This document shows positions 1 to 9,760 of a DNA stretch of 64,000 bases, piece by piece. The position numbers and the translations under genes were made by a program. Source of the DNA: an uncultured Bacteroidales bacterium (GTDB taxonomy: Bacteria > Bacteroidota > Bacteroidia > Bacteroidales > F082); assembly GCA_905236635.1 (NCBI GenBank), contig CAJOCJ010000005.1, positions 98,045 to 162,044 of the forward strand. Reading direction: 5' to 3'. The first letter of the stretch is position 1; every line of letters begins with the position of its first letter. The notes beneath the pieces were generated by a model, which was not told the origin of the DNA, did no database searches, and was given only the letters and a program-made list of their open reading frames with translations.

Positions 1-854
1 TCGCTGCTCTTAAATAAGAATCGCGCGATATGAGGCATCGCCAGACCCACAAATGCGATAGGACCGCAGTATGCCGTCACGATGGCTGTAAGATAGCCTG
101 AAACGAGGATTATGACCACGCTGTTCTTTCGTATGTTCAGACCCAGGTTCTCAGCATACATCTCGCCTAAAAGCAGGATATTGAGATTTTTCGACAGGAA
201 GAACGACACAAATAAGCCTATAATGATACTTGCGGCGAAAACAGGCATCTTCGACACACCGACGCCTGAGAAACTGCCCATGCCCCAAATCACGAAGGCG
301 TGGATGTCTTCTTTGAGACTGAAAAACTTCAGAATATCGGTAATAGAGCCTGCCAGATAAGCTATCATCAAGCCGACGATAATCAGGGTTGTCATGTTTT
401 TCATACGCGAACTGAAGGCTAACATGACGAATAACACCAATACCGCACCGATGAAAGCAGCAAGACTAACGCCGATTGTCGACCACCATCCGAACGAAGA
501 CACTGCCGCACCGGAGATGGCTCCTGTAAGTAATATCACTATTCCGACACCCAAGCTGGCGCCGCTGCTGATACCGAGCATGGAAGGGTCGGCCAACGGA
601 TTGCGGAACAGCGTCTGCATCAGAAGACCGGCCACCGCCAACGCGGCGCCAGCTAACAACGCTGTCAATGCTTGTGGCAATCGATAATTAAACACGATGA
701 CACTCAGAGTATTATCCGTGTTTTCTTTAAGTAATACTTTAAATATATCTTCTATCGGAACAGTGACCGATCCGATAAGCAAATTAAGGATAAAAAGTAT
801 TATCCCGAAGACAATGATGCCAATAATTCCGAGTGTTATCCTGCTATTTTTCAT
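1..854 (-). CDS. FecCD/BtuC-family ABC transporter permease (N-terminal part; gene runs off the left edge)
   Basis: My own minus-strand translation from ATG 854-852 gives MKNSRITLGIIGIIVFGIILFILNLLIGSV...NYRLPQALTALLAGAALAVAGLLMQTLFRNPLADPSMLGISSGASLG, typical of FecCD permeases. The frame is open to position 1. It is absent from the ORF track because no stop lies in the window. It overlaps the upstream binding-protein gene by 11 nt. Confidence 0.85.
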   Translation of the reverse strand, partial: MKNSRITLGIIGIIVFGIILFILNLLIGSVTVPIEDIFKVLLKENTDNTLSVIVFNYRLPQALTALLAGAALAVAGLLMQTLFRNPLADPSMLGISSGASLGVGIVILLTGAISGAAVSSFGWWSTIGVSLAAFIGAVLVLFVMLAFSSRMKNMTTLIIVGLMIAYLAGSITDILKFFSLKEDIHAFVIWGMGSFSGVGVSKMPVFAASIIIGLFVSFFLSKNLNILLLGEMYAENLGLNIRKNSVVIILVSGYLTAIVTAYCGPIAFVGLAMPHIARFLFKSS

Positions 855-1983
855 CTGTCAGTCTGTAAAAATAATGTGGTTGATAATCACCTTCAACAAG
901 CTCAGGATGGAAGGCAAACACAAAGTCCTTTAATAACAAATCCGGCTCATATTCCGACTTCTCGAAATAACCGCTAGCACGGATGTCGCAAACTAAAACA
1001 TTGCGGTTCTGATATGCCTTAAAATAGGTATATAATTCATTTTCAACGGCTAAACGCTCGTAGGAGTACTTGGTGTTGGTCGAATTCATAATGCGCCAGA
1101 AATCAGCGTCACGGGCCTTGGAGAGCACCGTCTCTGCATCGACAGGCAGACTGGCAGTGGAGTTGTTGTCATTCCATATATAATCAGCGCCTGCATCATG
1201 AAAAATCTGCGCTATATAGCTCGCACCACCCGGCAGATACCACTGTCCCTCAAACGGCAAATCGGAAAACACAGTAGGGCGGTTTTCTACATTCTGACAT
1301 ACGTATTTCAATGTGTCATAACGACTTACGATATCGTTGAACCATTGGTCAGTATCTTCTTCACGGCAGGTGAGATAACCTATCAGCTTAAGCCATTCTG
1401 CACGTCCAAGCGGATGATTTTCAAGGTAATCGGCAAACGGGAACATAACAGCACCCGTCAAATCGCCGATTTCTGTCTTAGGCACCGTGGAATATGGCGT
1501 ATAGAGTATCACGTCAGGGTGGAGGTTAATGGCAACCTCGGTCTTCAGACTCGTCTCAATGCCCACATCTTCAATCTTTTTCTCCTCCAACAGTCGCTTT
1601 ATCTCCACATTGTCGGTATAATTGCTTTCCAATATGCCCTTCACTCTTGAAATCTCGCCAAGCTCAAGAAACACTGACCATTGCGTCGATGAATATGCTA
1701 TTACATTCTTTACAGGGGTGCGTATGACAGCCTTGTCTGCAAGTTCTTCAGGAACATTTAAGGAATCTGGATATATATAAAACTCACCGAGCGACTTATC
1801 ATTCCATGGACAAGAAACATTGACGTAATACCCTGATTTATAATGATTTACATCTATATAACTCGTGTATTTCATTAGATTGTCATTTTCAGACACCGAA
1901 TCATTTTTGACATTATTCTGACTGTTGCCACACGAAACAAGTATGCAAAGCATTGAAAAACAAACAAATAGCCAATTTCTCAT
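844..1983 (-). CDS. ABC transporter periplasmic substrate-binding lipoprotein (BtuF/FhuD-like, cobalamin/Fe-siderophore class)
   Basis: 379-aa ORF with a lipoprotein signal (MLCILVSCGN). It is translationally coupled to the FecCD permease. Size and layout fit the PBP class 8 family; substrate unknown. Confidence 0.75.
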   Translation of the reverse strand: MRNWLFVCFSMLCILVSCGNSQNNVKNDSVSENDNLMKYTSYIDVNHYKSGYYVNVSCPWNDKSLGEFYIYPDSLNVPEELADKAVIRTPVKNVIAYSSTQWSVFLELGEISRVKGILESNYTDNVEIKRLLEEKKIEDVGIETSLKTEVAINLHPDVILYTPYSTVPKTEIGDLTGAVMFPFADYLENHPLGRAEWLKLIGYLTCREEDTDQWFNDIVSRYDTLKYVCQNVENRPTVFSDLPFEGQWYLPGGASYIAQIFHDAGADYIWNDNNSTASLPVDAETVLSKARDADFWRIMNSTNTKYSYERLAVENELYTYFKAYQNRNVLVCDIRASGYFEKSEYEPDLLLKDFVFAFHPELVEGDYQPHYFYRLTDEK

Positions 1984-2012
1984 CTCGTCTTAAAATTTAA
2001 ACTCTGATTTTG

Positions 2013-2020
2013 CAAAAATA
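2013..2020 (-). promoter_or_regulatory. -7 box (TAnnTTTG)
   Basis: The reverse complement is TATTTTTG, 29 nt upstream of ATG 1983 (ABC uptake operon). Confidence 0.55.
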
Positions 2021-2034
2021 ATAAAAAAAATGTT

Positions 2035-2042
2035 TATCTTTG
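2035..2042 (+). promoter_or_regulatory. -7 box (TAnnTTTG)
   Basis: TATCTTTG lies 19 nt upstream of ATG 2062, the first gene of the mutL-uvrB string. Confidence 0.6.
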
Positions 2043-2061
2043 CAGATTAAAATATCGAATT

Positions 2062-2388
2062 ATGGGAATTTTCATGTTTCACAGGCCGGAAATGCCTAAG
2101 TTTAATTACGTTCCGAGATATTACAACCCGGAAAAAGAGGAGATGGAGAAGCGTAAAGCAGCTATGGGTTTGGACTCCAATCTCTCTGATAGTGAGAAAC
2201 TTAGAGTGAAAATGAGGCAGAAATGGGGGAGAGTCGGTGACGACGGTCGCGAAAAGCCGAGATCATCGACAGGCAAGTTGCGTTATATCATAATCTTTGG
2301 ATTTGCCGCATTGGCGATATATTTCATATTCTTCACACCTCTTGTGGAGAATTTCATCACTATGTTTTTGAAGCTGGGAGGTAAGTAG
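2062..2388 (+). CDS. small hypothetical membrane protein (C-terminal TM helix)
   Basis: 108-aa ORF starting with ATG 19 nt after a TATCTTTG box. It has a basic N-terminal half and a hydrophobic stretch YIIIFGFAALAIYFIFF. Its stop lies 2 nt before mutL. Confidence 0.6.
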   Translation: MGIFMFHRPEMPKFNYVPRYYNPEKEEMEKRKAAMGLDSNLSDSEKLRVKMRQKWGRVGDDGREKPRSSTGKLRYIIIFGFAALAIYFIFFTPLVENFITMFLKLGGK

Positions 2389-2390
2389 AT

Positions 2391-4190
2391 ATGTCGTTGG
2401 ATATCATTAAGTTACTGCCCGATTCCGTTGCGAATCAGATAGCCGCCGGAGAGGTCATCCAGCGGCCGGCGTCGGTTGTGAAAGAGCTCGTAGAGAACGC
2501 GATAGATGCCGGTGCCACACAGGTCGACCTCGTTGTGAAGGACGCCGGCCGCACATTTATCACTGTCATCGACAACGGCTGCGGCATGTCAGAGACTGAT
2601 GCTCGGCTGTGTTTTGAGCGACATGCGACATCAAAAATCAAATGCGCCGACGACCTTTTCGCCATAAAAACCATGGGTTTCCGCGGAGAGGCATTGGCTT
2701 CGATAGCAGCTGTGGCACAAGTGGAACTTACGACAAGACGCAAGGAAGACGAGGTGGGAACCAAGATACGTATCGAAGGCTCTAAAGTCATAGAACAGAT
2801 GCCGAAGCCAGCGTCAGTGGGCACCAACATAACAGTAAAAAACCTGTTTTTCAACGTGCCGGCACGACGTAATTTCTTGAAATCCAATGAGGCAGAGCTC
2901 CGTCATATCAACGAGGAGTTTTTCCGTATCACCATCATGAACCCGGAGATAGGATTCACCTTCGTGAGCAACGACAAGGAGTTGTTCCATCTCTATCCGG
3001 GCACTCTGAAACAACGTATCGTCGGACTTTTTGGAAAGGATTACGACGGTAAACTGTTGCCGGTCAACCAGATAACTGAGTCGGTGACCATCGACGGATT
3101 CATCGTGAAGCCAGAGTTCTCAAAGAAGACCCGCGGCGAACAGTATTTCTTCGTGAACCGCCGTTACATCAAGCACGCCTACCTGCATCATGCGGTGGAG
3201 AATGCCTATAAGGAACTCATCCCACAGGACTGCTTCCCTGGCTATTTCCTTGATATTCAGATAGATCCGAAAGAGATTGATATCAATATCCACCCAACGA
3301 AGACAGAAGTCAACTTCATCGACGTGAAGCTGATATATGCCATCATGCATTCTGCCGTGCGTAAAGCCATAGGACAGAATAACTTAGCGCCGACACTGGA
3401 CTTCGACATCAACCCTAATATGGGCATCGATTTCGGTGAGGCGAGTCGTATGGACAGGCCGGTCATCACCCCGCAGGTGGATTACGATCCGTCGTTTAAT
3501 CCATTCAAAATCACGCCGATACGTCATCAGCAGCAGAACTGGCGGATAGCCTACGATGACAGTGGTGACACAGTGGCGAACAGCAAGTTTACGGACAATG
3601 AGCCTGTCGTTCATGAAGATGATGAGCAGAAGAGCCTCTTTATCCAGCTGCAGCAGGCATATATCGTGACCACGGTGAAGTCGGGAATCCTCGTCGTAGA
3701 CCAGCATCTGGCACATGAGAGGATACTCTACGAGAAATATCTCAAGGAGATGCAGACCGACGTCAATGCCTCACAGCAGGAGCTGTTCCCACAACATATC
3801 TCATTGAATATCAACGATGCATCGCTTCTGAAAGAGTTGAAACCTGAGCTCGAGAAGATAGGTTTCCGCATCGAGACGATGAACAACACCACCTTCGTCA
3901 TCAACGGCACCCCTGTCGATTGTAAAGGCAGCGACGCCGTCTCGCTGATAGAGAAGATTTTAGAGGATTACAAGACGAATATGTCTGGTAATCAATCAGA
4001 TAAGAAATTGAATTTAGCACGTTCACTGGCATCGCAGATGGCAGTGAAGGCAGGCCAGACGTTGACTGCTTTGGAGATGCAGGATATAGTCGACAGACTC
4101 TTCGGCTGCGCTGTGGCCGAGGTGGCCCCGGATGGCAAGAAAATCTTCACAATCATCAATGCTGGCGACATAAAAACACGTTTAAGCTAA
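2391..4190 (+). CDS. mutL: DNA mismatch repair protein MutL
   Basis: N-terminal GHKL ATPase signature (IAAGEVIQRPASVVKELVENAIDAG, DNGCGM, GFRGEALASI) plus a MutL C-terminal dimerisation region. Confidence 0.95.
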   Translation: MSLDIIKLLPDSVANQIAAGEVIQRPASVVKELVENAIDAGATQVDLVVKDAGRTFITVIDNGCGMSETDARLCFERHATSKIKCADDLFAIKTMGFRGEALASIAAVAQVELTTRRKEDEVGTKIRIEGSKVIEQMPKPASVGTNITVKNLFFNVPARRNFLKSNEAELRHINEEFFRITIMNPEIGFTFVSNDKELFHLYPGTLKQRIVGLFGKDYDGKLLPVNQITESVTIDGFIVKPEFSKKTRGEQYFFVNRRYIKHAYLHHAVENAYKELIPQDCFPGYFLDIQIDPKEIDINIHPTKTEVNFIDVKLIYAIMHSAVRKAIGQNNLAPTLDFDINPNMGIDFGEASRMDRPVITPQVDYDPSFNPFKITPIRHQQQNWRIAYDDSGDTVANSKFTDNEPVVHEDDEQKSLFIQLQQAYIVTTVKSGILVVDQHLAHERILYEKYLKEMQTDVNASQQELFPQHISLNINDASLLKELKPELEKIGFRIETMNNTTFVINGTPVDCKGSDAVSLIEKILEDYKTNMSGNQSDKKLNLARSLASQMAVKAGQTLTALEMQDIVDRLFGCAVAEVAPDGKKIFTIINAGDIKTRLS

Positions 4191-5071
4191 TGGATAACCA
4201 ATTTAGACCACAAGGATTTTCGATATTACCCCTGGTAGTCAAGAACCTCTTGATTATCAATGTGATATTCTTCCTGGCTACATGGGCGATGGAGGCGGCA
4301 TGGCATATTGATCTGGCTCAATATCTCGGATTGCATTACATTGGAGCATCGGATTTCCGCCCATACCAGTTCGTGACATACATGTTCATGCACGGCAACT
4401 TCGCGCATCTGTTCTTCAATATGTTCGCCCTCTGGATGTTCGGCAACAGCATCGAAAACGCCTGGGGTCCCAAGCGATTCCTTATATTTTACTTCGTATG
4501 CGGCATCGGCGCCGGTCTGACACAGGAACTGGTGCAATACATACAACTCTCCGACATCGCGAATTATCAAAACGTGAAGCTCAGCGGTCAAATCATACCC
4601 GTTGACCAATACCTCAACATGCTCACTACTGTGGGCGCCTCAGGAGCTGTCTACGGCATACTTCTTGCATTCGGCATGATGTGGCCAAACTCCAGGATTT
4701 ACATCTATTTCGCCATTCCTATCAAGGCAAAATGGTTCGTGTTATTATACGGTATCATCGAGCTTTTCTCGGGTTTCTCGTCGGTGGACAACGTGGCACA
4801 TTTCGCTCATGTGGGCGGCATGCTGTTCGGCCTGATTCTCATACTTTATTGGCGATATAAAGAGGGTATATGGCAACCAAAATTCTTTACGAAATTCAAG
4901 AAAAAACAGCAGGATTACGGTCGCCCGCAGTCTGACTGGGATTATAACAAAGAACGTTACGACGAACAGAAACGGACCGACGAAATCCTTGAAAAGATTA
5001 GCAAAGGCGGTTACGACAGCCTCACAAAAGAGGAAAAAGAGTTTTTATTTAAGCAAAGCAAGAAGGGTTGA
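4190..5071 (+). CDS. rhomboid-family intramembrane serine protease
   Basis: Multi-TM protein with the rhomboid motifs HGNFAHLFFNM, GASGAVYG and AHxxGxxxG (AHVGGMLFG). TAATG overlap with the mutL stop. Confidence 0.9.
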   Translation: MDNQFRPQGFSILPLVVKNLLIINVIFFLATWAMEAAWHIDLAQYLGLHYIGASDFRPYQFVTYMFMHGNFAHLFFNMFALWMFGNSIENAWGPKRFLIFYFVCGIGAGLTQELVQYIQLSDIANYQNVKLSGQIIPVDQYLNMLTTVGASGAVYGILLAFGMMWPNSRIYIYFAIPIKAKWFVLLYGIIELFSGFSSVDNVAHFAHVGGMLFGLILILYWRYKEGIWQPKFFTKFKKKQQDYGRPQSDWDYNKERYDEQKRTDEILEKISKGGYDSLTKEEKEFLFKQSKKG

Positions 5072-6171
5072 TGGCAGAGAAAGAGAAAAAGAAAGAAAAG
5101 AGACATTCGTTTGGCCGACGTGTGCTGATTTTTTTGGTCGGTATTTTCGCAGTTGTCGGACTGCTGAGTATGTTTCTCTGTGCCATAAACCCAATACTCT
5201 CGCCGAATTATTTCGTGCTGACATCATATTTTGGAGTCGCTTTTTGGCCCATATTCTTCTTTAACTTATTGATACTGCTGATTTTAATCCTATTAAAAGC
5301 TAGAAAAGCGATATTGTATCCGTTGTTGGCCCTAATCCTTGCCATTCCTGGCTTTTTGAAGTCATGCTCGGTGAAAAAGGCTATGATAGATGAAGGCAAT
5401 ATTAAGATCATGTCCTATAATGTGGCATATTTTAGAGATATTACTGATAATCAAAGAAAAAGGGCTAGTGTTAAAGAAGAGTTGATAGAGATTATCAATG
5501 AACAAAATCCCGATGTGATATGTTTTCAAGAGATTAATCTGAGGGAAAAGGAATTGAATGGTTTTGTTGAAAAAATAAATCTCAATTATTATCATATAAA
5601 CAATGATGGAAACATACTGTTTTCAAGGTATCCCATTGAAGATGATGAGTTTACTGAACAGTTTAATGAGATTGCCGAATTAGGATTTGCAAAGCTTATA
5701 GATGCTGGCGGATTTGGCAAATTTTACGTGGAATGTGTTCATCTTCAGTCATTTAGTATATCAAAAGAAGAGATAGAATATCTGCGCGACGCGAAACATT
5801 ATGTAGAGAATTCTGAAACGATGGGTAAGTCGTTGATTTCCAAACTGAAATATGGTTTCCAAAAACGAACTAAAGATACAAAACTTATAGTCGGAAATAT
5901 GCCTAAAAATGGCATTCCCATTATAATCTGCGGCGACTTCAACGATACCCCGATGTCTTACACCTATCATCAGATGCGGAATGTCGGCATGAAAGACGCG
6001 TTCCTGCAAGTTGGAAACGGCATAGGTAAGACTTATTGTGGCAAGCTCCCGCTGCTGAGAATCGACTATTTTTGGTATAGCGAAAATATCGTCCCGATGA
6101 CGTTTACGAGGTTGAAGAGAAAAATCTCCGACCATTATCCGATCATCATGACATTTAACGTATCTCATTGA
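5071..6171 (+). CDS. membrane-anchored endonuclease/exonuclease/phosphatase (EEP) family protein
   Basis: N-terminal TM helices followed by an EEP fold (SYNV..., CFQE, GDFN, SDHYP). I prefer ATG 5071 (TGATG overlap) to the TTG at 5068 used by the ORF track. Confidence 0.8.
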   Translation: MAEKEKKKEKRHSFGRRVLIFLVGIFAVVGLLSMFLCAINPILSPNYFVLTSYFGVAFWPIFFFNLLILLILILLKARKAILYPLLALILAIPGFLKSCSVKKAMIDEGNIKIMSYNVAYFRDITDNQRKRASVKEELIEIINEQNPDVICFQEINLREKELNGFVEKINLNYYHINNDGNILFSRYPIEDDEFTEQFNEIAELGFAKLIDAGGFGKFYVECVHLQSFSISKEEIEYLRDAKHYVENSETMGKSLISKLKYGFQKRTKDTKLIVGNMPKNGIPIIICGDFNDTPMSYTYHQMRNVGMKDAFLQVGNGIGKTYCGKLPLLRIDYFWYSENIVPMTFTRLKRKISDHYPIIMTFNVSH

Positions 6172-6173
6172 TT

Positions 6174-8192
6174 ATGAACTTTAAACTGGTATCGGACTAT
6201 GCGCCTACAGGCGACCAGCCACAAGCCATAGAGCAGCTGAAAAACGGCATTCTGGCAGGGGAGAGATACCAGACTTTGATGGGTGTTACAGGTTCCGGCA
6301 AGACCTTTACAATCGCCAACATGCTGGCGGAACTCAACCGTCCGGCGTTGATTTTGAGTCATAACAAGACTCTCGCGGCACAGCTTTATAGTGAATTCAA
6401 ACAGTTTTTTCCCGAGAATAAGGTAGAATATTTCGTTTCGTATTACGATTATTACCAGCCCGAAGCGTTTATACCGCAGACAAACACATATATCGAGAAG
6501 GATTTGTCGATCAACGACGAGATAGACAGACTGCGTCTGAGTGCTACGTCGGCACTGATGTCGGGACGCCGTGATGTCATCATAGTGTCATCAGTATCAT
6601 GTATTTACGGTATAGGAAACCCTGAAGATTTCACTAAAAACGTGATAAACATAGAAGTGGGGCAAAAGATACGTCGCGACGACCTACTTTTCCGGCTTAC
6701 CAACTCTCTGTATAACCGCAACGACATTGAGTTTACACGAGGCCGTTTCCGTGTGAAAGGCGACACGGTCGATGTGTTTCCGGCTTATTCAGACATCCCT
6801 TTCAGGATTATCTTCTGGGATGACGAGATAGAAGAACTGGAGTCGTTCGATTATATCAACGGCACGAGACTGGAGAGCCTGCAGAATATTACGCTGTTTC
6901 CGGCAAATATCTTCGTCACATCGAAAGAGAAGATAAAACAGGCCACTGAGGAGATCCTTCTTGACATGTTCAAGCAGGCCGAGTATTTCCGTGAGATTGG
7001 CAAATACGAAGATGCGAAACGCTTGGAAGACCGCGTAAATCATGATGTCGAGATGATACGCGAGCTGGGATACTGTTCAGGTATCGAGAACTATTCACGA
7101 TACTTCGACGGTCGCGCCGCCGGCACGCGTCCGTTCTGTCTGCTCGATTTCTTCCCCGATGACTTTATCACCATCATCGACGAGAGCCATGTCACCGTGT
7201 CGCAGATACGTGGCATGTATGGGGGCGACCGTTCCCGCAAGCAGACACTAGTGGAGTACGGCTTCCGACTGCCGTCGGCGCTCGACAACCGCCCGCTGAA
7301 ATTCGATGAGTTCGAGGCTCTCACAGGCCAAACGATATATGTCAGCGCCACGCCAGGCGACTACGAGATGCAGCAGACACAAGGCGTCTATGTGGAGCAG
7401 ATTATCCGCCCGACGGGCCTGTTAGACCCGATAATCGAAGTGAGGCCGTGTACCAACCAGGTCGATGACCTCGTGAACGAGATCGTCATGGTGATAGCAC
7501 GCAAACAACGTGTACTGGTTACCACCTTGACAAAACGTATGGCAGAAGAGCTGACGAATTACCTTAACAACCTGAATATCAAGTCGCGATACATACATTC
7601 CGATGTCGACACCCTCGACCGTGTGGAAATCATGATGGGCTTGAGACGAGGCGACTTCGACGTACTGGTAGGCGTCAACCTGCTTCGTGAAGGACTAGAT
7701 CTACCTGAGGTCCAGCTTGTCGGCATCCTCGATGCCGACAAGGAAGGATTCCTGCGCTCGGAACGTGCCCTGACGCAGACTGCAGGACGCGCCGCCCGTA
7801 ATGCAAATAGCAAAGTCATAATGTATGCGGATAAGATTACCGATTCAATGCGTAAAACCATCGACGAGACGCAGAGGCGGCGCGAAAAACAGATGGCATA
7901 TAACCTCGAGCACGACATAGTGCCGAAGACTATCATAAAACCGCTTGACACCGCTTGGAGCGACACCATCAGCAGTCATAAACTCGTGGAATACGAGACG
8001 ACAGAAGAGCGTGTGAAGGCAGTGGCAGAAGAGAAAACAGCGGTATATCGCTCAGCAAAGGACATCAAAAAAGCAATTCAAGAAGCCAAGAAAGAGATGG
8101 AGAAATCTGTCAAGGAACTCGACTTCATGAACGCTGCTAAATATCGTGACATAATAGTCGCCTTGGAAGAGAAACTAAACAAAATCAATTGA
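6174..8192 (+). CDS. uvrB: excinuclease ABC subunit B
   Basis: Canonical UvrB N-terminus (MNFKLVSDYAPTGDQPQAI), Walker A GVTGSGKT, helicase motifs and a C-terminal UVR domain (MNAAKYRDIIVALEEKL). ATG 6174 chosen over TTG 6168. Confidence 0.97.
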   Translation: MNFKLVSDYAPTGDQPQAIEQLKNGILAGERYQTLMGVTGSGKTFTIANMLAELNRPALILSHNKTLAAQLYSEFKQFFPENKVEYFVSYYDYYQPEAFIPQTNTYIEKDLSINDEIDRLRLSATSALMSGRRDVIIVSSVSCIYGIGNPEDFTKNVINIEVGQKIRRDDLLFRLTNSLYNRNDIEFTRGRFRVKGDTVDVFPAYSDIPFRIIFWDDEIEELESFDYINGTRLESLQNITLFPANIFVTSKEKIKQATEEILLDMFKQAEYFREIGKYEDAKRLEDRVNHDVEMIRELGYCSGIENYSRYFDGRAAGTRPFCLLDFFPDDFITIIDESHVTVSQIRGMYGGDRSRKQTLVEYGFRLPSALDNRPLKFDEFEALTGQTIYVSATPGDYEMQQTQGVYVEQIIRPTGLLDPIIEVRPCTNQVDDLVNEIVMVIARKQRVLVTTLTKRMAEELTNYLNNLNIKSRYIHSDVDTLDRVEIMMGLRRGDFDVLVGVNLLREGLDLPEVQLVGILDADKEGFLRSERALTQTAGRAARNANSKVIMYADKITDSMRKTIDETQRRREKQMAYNLEHDIVPKTIIKPLDTAWSDTISSHKLVEYETTEERVKAVAEEKTAVYRSAKDIKKAIQEAKKEMEKSVKELDFMNAAKYRDIIVALEEKLNKIN

Positions 8193-8194
8193 AT

Positions 8195-9607
8195 ATGAAT
8201 ACATTAGCAGTACCATTTTTCGCCACCGACACAGTATGGAACGTCATGTTGCAGTTCTGTATCATCGCCGTCGGACTTTTGGCAGGTAATATCGTGCGAA
8301 CCAAAGTGCCATTCATGCAGAAGAGTCTTATCCCGTCAGCATTGATAGGCGGTGCCCTGTTGCTGATTTTCAAGGCAATATACACCGATTTGATAGGATG
8401 GGAAGACCTCATTGACAAGAGCACCATGGAAGTCATTACATACCATGCTTTAGGTCTGGGATTTGTGGCTCTGGCATTGAAAAACAATAAAGTGGAGTCG
8501 AAATCAAGTACCATGAAAGTCATTGAAACAGGCACCCTGACGGCCAGCACATATATCATCCAAGGCATTGTGGGTCTGTTAGTTACAATCCCGATGTTCT
8601 ACTTTGGAAAGAAGATATTTTACGCCGCAGGCTTGCTTCTTCCAATGGGCTACGGACAGGGTCCAGGACAGGCTCTTAACTTCGGTACAATATACATGGA
8701 CAGAGCCTTCGACCAAGGCATTTTATTTCCAGGCAAAGACTTCGGATTGTCAATAGCTGCTATGGGTTTCATCATCGGTTGTGTGGTCGGAGTCGTCTAT
8801 CTCAATATTTTGAAAAAGAAAGGCAAAATCAAGATTTCGGAGATTCAGGAAAAACAGAGAAACAAACTCAGCGACTATGAGGGTGAGAACGAAATACCTG
8901 ATACTGAATCGGTTGACAAGCTGTCTATCCAGATTTGCCTGGTGCTGTTTACATATCTGCTGGTTTATCTCTTCAACCATTTCCTGCAAACTCTCGACCT
9001 CGGCAACTTCGGTGAGAAGACACTCATGCCGTTGATGTGGGGATTCAACTTCCTGCTTGGCACCTTGTTCGGCATCATGATCAAAGGCATCATCAAGAGT
9101 CTGCAAAGAGCCAAAATCATGAAAAGGGAATATATCAATAACTACCTCTTGAACCGTATCAGCGGCTTCTTCTTCGACATCATGATTGTTGCAGGTACTG
9201 CCGCCATCAACTTCAGTGAATTCAAGGGTTTCGCGTTGCCTTACATCCTCGTTTGCACCCTCGGAGCCATTGCCACATTCTGGTTTGTGCTCAAGGTCTG
9301 CAAACATCTCTATCCGAACTATACATACGAAGGATTCTTCAGCATGTTCGGCATGTTAACAGGCACCGCTTCTAACGGTATGATTCTGCTTCGTGAGATC
9401 GACCCAAAATTCGAGACACCAGCCGCGAATAACCTTGTTTTACAGTCACTACCTGCAGTGGCATTGGGATTCCCAGTGCTGCTTCTTGTAAGTTATGCAC
9501 CTCAAGGATTCACGCAAGCGCTAATCACTTTGGGCATTTTGATTGTCGTCTTCATCATTTTCAACCTCTTCATGTTCAGGAAGAAAATCTTTAGAAAGGG
9601 ACATTAG
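8195..9607 (+). CDS. gltS: sodium/glutamate symporter (GltS family)-like transporter
   Basis: Polytopic membrane protein. It resembles my recollection of E. coli GltS at the N-terminus (..KSLIPSALIGGALLL..) and near the C-terminus (FGMLTGTASNGMILLREIDPKF). It is longer than classical GltS; substrate uncertain. Confidence 0.65.
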   Translation: MNTLAVPFFATDTVWNVMLQFCIIAVGLLAGNIVRTKVPFMQKSLIPSALIGGALLLIFKAIYTDLIGWEDLIDKSTMEVITYHALGLGFVALALKNNKVESKSSTMKVIETGTLTASTYIIQGIVGLLVTIPMFYFGKKIFYAAGLLLPMGYGQGPGQALNFGTIYMDRAFDQGILFPGKDFGLSIAAMGFIIGCVVGVVYLNILKKKGKIKISEIQEKQRNKLSDYEGENEIPDTESVDKLSIQICLVLFTYLLVYLFNHFLQTLDLGNFGEKTLMPLMWGFNFLLGTLFGIMIKGIIKSLQRAKIMKREYINNYLLNRISGFFFDIMIVAGTAAINFSEFKGFALPYILVCTLGAIATFWFVLKVCKHLYPNYTYEGFFSMFGMLTGTASNGMILLREIDPKFETPAANNLVLQSLPAVALGFPVLLLVSYAPQGFTQALITLGILIVVFIIFNLFMFRKKIFRKGH

Positions 9608-9631
9608 CGAAATAATGACTATCATTTAACG

Positions 9632-9704
9632 ATTATTGGTGCCATTTGCAGAAATACGACTTACCACAGGGTACTGAGAGTATTTCGAAAATGGCACTAA
9701 TAAT
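9632..9704. repeat. long imperfect hairpin just downstream of gltS (about 23 bp stem, 22-nt loop)
   Basis: The left arm ATTATTGGTGCCATTTGCAGAAATAC (9632-9657) pairs with the right arm GTATTTCGAAAATGGCACTAATAAT (9680-9704). No U-run follows. The loop plus right arm is repeated at 18567-18600. Confidence 0.6.
9662..9695 (+). repeat. 34-nt intergenic repeat, copy 1
   Basis: TACCACAGGGTACTGAGAGTATTTCGAAAATGGC matches 18567-18600 at 32 of 34 positions. Confidence 0.85.
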
Positions 9705-9752
9705 TTGTAAAAAATTCAATGAAATTTTTGTTTTTTATTTTAAAAAATATAT

Positions 9753-9760
9753 TATATTTG
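9753..9760 (+). promoter_or_regulatory. Bacteroidetes sigma-A -7 box (TAnnTTTG)
   Basis: TATATTTG lies 77 nt upstream of the kamE ATG. Confidence 0.55.

Noticed and set aside
1984-2061. A possible cobalamin riboswitch upstream of the BtuF/FecCD-type uptake operon.
   Set aside because: The intergenic region is only 78 nt and is occupied by two divergent -7 boxes. No B12-box-like sequence is present.
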